Shown: piece by piece, positions 56,650-64,000 of the stretch | Position numbering within the stretch: the stretch's first letter is position 1 | Layout of the letters: each line of letters begins with the position of its first letter | DNA from: Octopus vulgaris | Taxonomy: Eukaryota | DNA length: 64,000 bases | Reading direction: 5' to 3' | Assembly: GCA_951406725.2 (NCBI GenBank) | Contig: OX597828.1 | Coordinates: 70,122,001 to 70,186,000, forward strand | Notes under the pieces: model-generated | The model's database searches: none | Seen by the model: only the letters and a program-made list of their open reading frames with translations | Told to the model about the DNA's origin: nothing | Translations under genes and position numbers: made by a program

Positions 56650-57647
56650 TCAGGTGGAAGGTTAATCTTAAAACATTCTGTTTCTCTCACTCCATGGCAT
56701 TATAAACTCATACAAACTCATAAATGTCATCTTACCATTTTTGCCGAAATAAACCACCACCATTTTCTTCACGCTTCATTTCTTTTTACTTGTTTCTGAC
56801 ATACCTGTGCAGATGACATACCTGATGGGAATTCATTAGGAAGAGAAAAATGTTAAAAGGTCTTAAAAGTCAACTAAATTGTTGTGCTTACAAAATTTAT
56901 GGGTGACCATTTGTAGGGTATGCGTGTATGAGTAATTTGAGAGCAGACTGGTCAAGGTAATGTTCAGCTATGAATCAAATGAAAATCTCAGGAAACAAAT
57001 AGGGTGATCAGGATTATAATTTTATGCAAGAGACAAATAAACTTACTGAACAGTATAATTCATAAAGGCGATTGGTGATCAGTTTTGGGGAAAATCAAGT
57101 GGACCAATGAAAACATAGTATTTCATAACTTCCTTTATATTTATTGTGACTTCCTGTTTCTGTTAAGTTTGACTTCAAAAATCTTCTCTGAAAAGAACAT
57201 CCTCTGGCAGAGAGTGTCTGTTAGAAAATCTCTGGTAGTTTGTCTTGACTAGAGATTTTCTGTCAGGCATTCTTCATCAGTTCATGACCACTGATGTCAT
57301 CGTAACCATTTTCACCATCAAGAACCATCGATATCCCTCCTAACACCACACCACCACCTCCACCATAATTGGCCTTGACCACTGACACCACCACTACCCC
57401 ACCATCAGCGTCACTGCTATCCAACCACCACATACCTCTGCCACCATCATCATCATCATCATCATCATCATTGTTACTATCAATGATCTTGTTACATCTA
57501 GCTCTCCCCCTCTCCACCCCCCTCTCCTTTGTCTTAAACCATTTTCTCTAATATACAAATTATATCAACTTCACTGACAACATCCAAACTTTGTCTTCTT
57601 TCTTTTTCCTTCATTCTTCTATTTTGACTTCCTCAACATGTATGCAC

Positions 57648-57690
<43 letters not shown>

Positions 57691-58065
57691 ACAAAAAAGA
57701 TGCAATTAACAACACGAAACGAAACAAAGCCCCCAAAATGCAAACATCTCTACAAAAGGAGAATCGCTTTCTTCGTCCTTTCAACCAAGGAGAGAAGATG
57801 ATAGAGTTTTGATACAACAATGTGATGAAAGAGAAAAAATATTCTATTCAGAAACAACGACCTCACCCCCATCATATCTCCCCACCCCACAAAAAGCAAA
57901 AACAACAACAACAAAAGCTCCTAAAGAACCCAAAAAAATTCCTTTGTTAGTTTTAATATTTTTTTTTCTATATCTATCTCTCTCTTGTTTCAAGTGCAGT
58001 TTAGTTCCATATTTTTCATATCTTTTTGTTCTTGTAAATTATGGCTAGAATTAAGAAAGACAAAA

Positions 58066-58281
58066 CTAAATAAATAAATAAATAAAAAGGTTTTCTATTC
58101 CAGTGCTGGCACTCTTTCTTTTAGATTCAATATGATCTTTGGCAACTCTTTCTTCGGTTCCTTCAGTTGTTTCTCTGCCATTGCCAATCTCTTTGACGTT
58201 TGCCGTTTCTTCTTCAGTCATGTTATTTAAACCAAGATGATCGACATAGTTACTTTCACTGTCCTCCCGTTTTGCACGATG
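58066..58281 (-). CDS. Candidate terminal exon of an unidentified minus-strand gene (acidic/charged peptide)
   Basis: Long pyrimidine tract + TGTTAG acceptor, then the stop-free frame HRAKREDSESNYVDHLGLNNMTEEETANVKEIGNGRETTEGTEERVAKDHIESKRKSASTGIENLFIYLFI*. Followed by U-rich UTR-like sequence. Confidence 0.5.
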   Translation of the reverse strand, partial: HRAKREDSESNYVDHLGLNNMTEEETANVKEIGNGRETTEGTEERVAKDHIESKRKSASTGIENLFIYLFI

Positions 58282-58518
58282 CTAACAGAAAAAAAAAGAA
58301 AAAGAAAAAGAAGAAGAAATAATGATGATGATAATAATAATAATAATAATAAAATAGGAAAAAGAAGTAAACATTCTATTATCTTCCAATATTCTGATCT
58401 TCCTGCGAGCTGAAAGATTAATAATTTCTAGGTCTTTTGAAGAAGAATAAAAATAAAAATAAAATAAAATGACAGAAAAAAAAATAAGGACTATGATGAT
58501 GATGATGATGATAATAAA

Positions 58519-58556
<38 letters not shown>

Positions 58557-59051
58557 TGATGATGATGATGATATTGATAAAATAAAAGAAATATAATGAA
58601 ATAAAATAAGAATATGCTAAAATCGAATTTGAGTTGTATGCCAAACGAAACTAATAGCCGATTCCAAAGATGACAGAGCCACATGAAGAAATCTGCGATA
58701 TGATTAGAGTTGTCAGAACAAATGATTGGTCTGCTAAAAGAATTCTTTACCTTTCACAGATTTCTTAGTGTTTAAACTTGAGTCTTTTCCACCGATTCCA
58801 TCGTTCTGTCATGACTATAATTTATTATGACCGAAAATAGACGGCAGAATCAGCCTCAACGAGATTGGTATTTTAAAAAAAATTTTATTCTGTTTTTGCT
58901 TCAATTAAATATGTCTAACGTTTTGACTTCCATTGTTTACGATGAACCAATAATGCTAGAAATAGTAGCTAAATCCCCATCAATTCACCTCCTGCTGTCC
59001 TCTATTTATTTATTGATTTATTTATTTATTTATTTATTTATTTATTGTTTA

Positions 59052-59217
59052 AGGCGTAAGCATGACTGTGTGGCTAAGAAGCTCGCTTTGCAATGACGGT
59101 TTTGGGTTCAATCCCACTGCATGGTACCTTGGACAAATGTCTTTTACTATGCTCCAGGCTGACCAATGCCTTGCAAGTGATAGATGGAAATTGTGTGGAT
59201 GCCTGTCATGATTGAGC

Positions 59218-59249
<32 letters not shown>

Positions 59250-59480
59250 ATGCGTGTGTGTATGTGTGTGTGCGTGTGTATCTGCGTTCATGTTTGTCCT
59301 CTCACTGTTTGAAAACTGGTGTTGGTTTGTTTATTTACCTATCACTTAGCAGTTCTGCTAAAGAGACCAATGGAATAAATATTAGACTTCAAAAAAAATT
59401 TTAAAAAAAGAAGAAAAAAAAAGAAGGAAATCAATGTGTTTGAGTAAACACAGCATGGATGCAGTGCAGAGATTGAAAGA
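59052..59480 (+). mobile_element. tRNA-derived SINE, family A (degenerate)
   Basis: Head GACTGTGTGGCTAAGAAG..GGGTTCAATCCC, internal (TG)n. Confidence 0.75.
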
Positions 59481-62400
59481 AGAAAGAGGAAAATGTAGTC
59501 TTTGATTTACTGCTTGAATAAAAGACAGGATGATCATAGCTGGAGAGCCTTTGATCATAGATCAGCTCAGTCATTGCTAACCTGGGGCTAATAAGTAACA
59601 ATCTTCAAACAGTTTTTTCTTCAATTAGACATCAAACAATCTTTACCTTTGTAGTTTACAAACCTGTGAGGGAGCATCTATGTGGTCATAGGATCTGCAT
59701 GCTAGACATAGCAGTCAAATCTCTCAAATCTCAACTGCAACATTTTATTTTAAAAATTTAAAAACAAACTCAAAGGACATTTTGAATAATGCCATTTCAG
59801 GTTTAGTATTCCTGAATAAAACATAGGATTGTTTATTTCTTTATTGCGACCCCAAAAGGATGAAAGGCAAAGTCGACCTCGGCAGAATTTGAACTCATAA
59901 TGTAACGGCAGACGAAACACCGCTAAGCATTTTGCCCGGCGTGCTAACGATTCTGCCAGCTCGCTGCCTTCATAGGATTGTTGTGACTATAGTGTCTTTG
60001 ATCTTTGAAAATCTGTAGGATTAGAGCTGACGATAAACAATATCAACCACAACAACAACAACAAACCTGATGTTGTTGGTTTTTGAAAAGATAATGTTAT
60101 CAAATTTATCCTACACTCTTTTTCAAAACAGAGTGTAATTTGAGAGAGATTTGGCTACTTTTTCTGGCTTTGTTAACTTCTTAAAGTGGATGATACCTCT
60201 CACTTGTAATATCATTTATTATATTCCAGCTGTAAAAGGAAAACTAAAATTGTTTAAAGTAATCTCTCCATTGATTGTTTCTTTTCCTCTGTGGTAAGAG
60301 AGAGAATCTTCTTGCCGGAAATACGTATTTTGTTATTGTTCTTTTCATTAGTGAAGGAAAAAGAATAAAATATATTATCGTTTGGGCATTTATTTATTCT
60401 TAATTTTTATCTTTATATTAATCATAGTGTCCTAAACATTCTCATGTAGCTGCTGTTTCAGTCTAGTTGGATCTCTTCAGCACAACGTAGTCAGAAAGCT
60501 AAGATCTTTAAAATGTTGCATGAAATTAAATTAAACCATTGACTTTATAGAAAGAGAAGGAGGGGAAGAGAAGATGTGTAATGAAGTCATTGTTGTTGGT
60601 TTCCCTGTAAGTTAATGGATGGCCTGCCAGTTCCATCACCAGGCTACTCATGATTGCCAGCTGAGTGGACTGGAGTGACATGAAGTGAAGGGTTTTGCTC
60701 AAGAGCACAATGCATCGCCTGGTCCAGAGATTGAAACAGCAATCTTACAATCATGAACCCAACACTCTAACCACTAAGCTGTGTGCCTCCACTTTGTCAC
60801 ACTGTGTCATGCTAATCATACTTGAGAATTATGTTAAGGATACACATGTCTGTGGAGTACTCAGCCACTTTGCATGCTAATTCAATGAATGAATGAGTCA
60901 TGCAGGCAATTGAACAACTGCATACTCATCTTAAAATTGTTGGGAGAATTCATCACATAATACTATGGGGTTTCTTCAGAGCTTCCCTCCATCAAATTCC
61001 ACTCCTTGGGCATTTGGTCAGCCTGATGCTATATTAGAAGACACTCAACCAAGGTACCCTGCCATGGGATTGAACCCAGGACCAAATGGTTATGAACCAG
61101 ACTTCTTAAACAATTTGGCATAATTGAGGTCTTGGGACTCGAGGTGTTCAAAGAACAAACATTTTCCCATCTGACCTATTTTCTAGTCTCCTTTCTGATA
61201 TTCTCTCCCCCCTCCCCACTACATAAAAGCCTTCACCATGAGCATTGCCAACCTGTCTTTGATTCTTTGAGTCTCTCTACTCGACCATATTAATTCCAAA
61301 TGTTGTCATAGATATGTGATGTATTGTGTCCTGTTAAATAGTTATGTAATTCTTCATATTGGAGACGACATGCATTTCCTTGAAACATTACAAGACTTTT
61401 CCTCTGCTTGCCTCCCCCTTCCTTCCTCCCTTTCCTTCCTTTTCCTTTTCCTTTTCTCAACAACCACAATTCTGCCAAACAACTGCCAATTCCTGACCCT
61501 CTACCATTTTGTGTAGCCTTTCTAACCAGAAAGATGATACAAAACAAAGATTAGACATTCACACACACACACACACCACTACACACACACACAGACACAC
61601 ACACACACACACACACCACTACACACACACACACACCACTATACACACACACACACACACGTACACACACACGTACACACACACGCACGCATACACAAAC
61701 AAAGGTGTACGCTCTGAATCAATAGTTATGAAACGATGCTGCAATATTAGCAGAGCCGACTTGTGGTGTTAGTGGCTCTTTCTGGCTGTCAATTAAACGA
61801 TAATAAACATCAAAAGATTGAGGTGAGGGTCGGTGGCAGGGAGTGGAGAGAGGAATTATCATCGAATCCAAACATAAGGAAGAAGAAACGGTAACGCCTC
61901 TCAGTCAATCATTTATTGATGATCTCCAATTGAAAATTTTCTATACTTCGTCTTGTGTATTTACTCATTGATTTCGTATTTATTGTGTAATGTCTGAACA
62001 GAGGAACCAAGATGTGAAAGGCAAAATGTTGGTTTTTATGCTGCTTACCACCTTGATCTACATGAAATGCTTGCCAGGAATAAAAATTGGTAAATCTTAA
62101 AAGTCAATGGACCGGTAATTCCTAAAGAGATATAGCCACGGAAACTTGTCAATATTGTGATATTAGAAGACATTTTGGTGCTTACCATTTCAACTATGTG
62201 ATAATACATTTATGTTTTAGACTATTAGATTGTTTTACACACATAATCATCATCATCATATATGTACACTTGCTAACAAAGTTCTACATACAAGAATAAA
62301 TTCTAAACAATAACACAGCCCCAAATTTAACCAATAAAAATTTCTCCAAGACACCTTTCCATAACAACCAACTCTAAAACCTAATTACCACTCCATTAAA

Positions 62401-62501
62401 AAAAAACCTAATCAAGGAAGATTTTCACTCAATAGACACTATGCATCGTAGTCTGATGATGGCTTAACTGACAAAACTTCAAAGTTGTTCAAGAATAGTA
62501 A

Positions 62502-62534
<33 letters not shown>

Positions 62535-63659
62535 CTACTAATATAGGATGAAGTTTTTTTACAGAAAAAAATTTCATCAAGAAAAAGTGGCAGCATATTA
62601 AAATACCTTTAAAGGTTAGAATTATAAACAACTTATAAACAAGGGCAAAAGAAAATTAATTCTATGCCAATATGCTGATAACAGACTTTTAAATTGTCAA
62701 TTTCCACATATCATTATATACCCACTACAGAAATACGTTGTGCTGAAATCGAGGAAAGCTAACCAACAGAATTTTTTTTTTTTAAAGTTCGTTATTTCTA
62801 TATTGAATCAATTTCAGAATTAATCTCATAGATTTTTTCCTCATCAGTAGAAAATACGATAAGAAATAAATGAAATACTTACATGCGCCCATGGAAAAAA
62901 AAAAACGAAGCAAAAGTCATGGGTACATATAAGTACCCCAGATATATCTAAATATAAAATCCTTTGGTCAGCTTCAGCACACGTGTGAACTGTTCTCCAC
63001 CACAGCTTATAGTGGTTACCAGTCCCTATAGCGAATGCCCTTGTTTATAAGTTGCTTATAATTTTAACCTTTAAAGGTATTTTAATATGCTGCCACATTT
63101 TTTGATGAAAATTTTTTCTGTAAAAAAACTTCATCCTATATTAGTAGTAGAGTTATCACTATTCGCTATAGGGGCTGGTAACCACTATAAGCTGTAGTAG
63201 AGAACAGTTCACACGTGTGCTGAGGCTAACCAAAGGATTTTATATTTAGATATATCTGGGGTACTTATGTGTACTCATGACTTTTGCTTCGGCTTTTTTT
63301 TCCATGGGCACATGTAAGTATTTCATTTATTTCTATTTGTATTTTCTACTGAGGAGGAAAAAATCTATGAGATTAATTCTGAAATTGATTCAATATAGAA
63401 ATAACGAACTTTAAAAAAAAATTCTGTTGGCTAGCTTTCCTCAATTTCAGCACAACATATTTCTGTAGTGGTTATATAATAATATGTGGAAATTGACGAT
63501 TTAAAAGTCTGTTATCAGCATATTGGCATAGAAATAATTTTCTTTTGCCCTTGTTTTATAAGTTGTTTATAATTTTAACCTTTAAAGGTATTTTAATATG
63601 CTGCCACTTTTTCTTGATGAAATTTTTTTTCTGTAAAAAACTTCATCCTATATTAGTAG
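62535..63659. mobile_element. Foldback-type element: ~500 bp inverted arms (62535-63036 / 63161-63659) inserted in (TA)n
   Basis: The arms are near-identical reverse complements. The 124 bp spacer is mostly a third copy of the terminal ~113 bp. Confidence 0.93.
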
Positions 63660-64000
63660 TATATATATATATATATACTACTATATATATATATTACGGA
63701 GATGTACTCGCATAGCAAGTGATTTGATCTGAGATCGTGTGCTGGAACGAAAACAATTGCAGCGTGGAAGGTGTTTGTAAGCCATTTAAGAAACACACAA
63801 AAGCCGTTCGATTCACTTCAACATTTAAGTTCAACATTTACACTTCAACATTTACACTCATCACAGGTGCACTTTATGGATCTGAGTGAAACTAAGCAAT
63901 AATGTAGCTTTACATTTTTTTTTTAAATAACACAGAAAACTTTGGGAGAAATTTGGTTGCTATTTTTAGCTGGTTAAGTGTCACAGCAACTCATCGTTTA

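Noticed and set aside
62535-63659. Polinton/Maverick identity of the long inverted repeats
   Set aside because: The AGTAGT/ACTACT words face the wrong way for Polinton termini, no 6 bp TSD can be defined and there is no coding remnant.

Overview
This is eukaryotic, AT-rich, microsatellite-saturated DNA. The SINE families and (TA)n/(CA)n/(TATC)n load strongly resemble an octopus (coleoid cephalopod) genome; that assignment is inference. Almost all listed ORFs are simple-repeat artefacts. The one convincing host coding segment is a + strand first coding exon at 35220-35455 (MGNETS...PDLSHLTEDEIAQIRSVIDRAKQ..., ending AG|GTAAGT). It resembles the myristoylated N-terminus of Piccolo/Bassoon and the RIM-type Rab-binding helix. 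It sits in a roughly 8.5 kb SINE-free zone that also holds two further candidate phase-2 first exons and a repeated bipartite motif. A probable terminal exon of an opposite-strand gene lies at 58066-58281. The rest is a transposon graveyard: tRNA-derived SINEs, RTE and Dong/R4 LINE ends, Penelope-like GIY-YIG relics, an internally deleted mariner, a Tc1 relic, MITEs and a 1.1 kb foldback element. The most unusual observation is a tRNA-headed SINE (2 copies) whose tail carries a Penelope-type minimal hammerhead ribozyme. Repeat boundaries were read by eye and are approximate.
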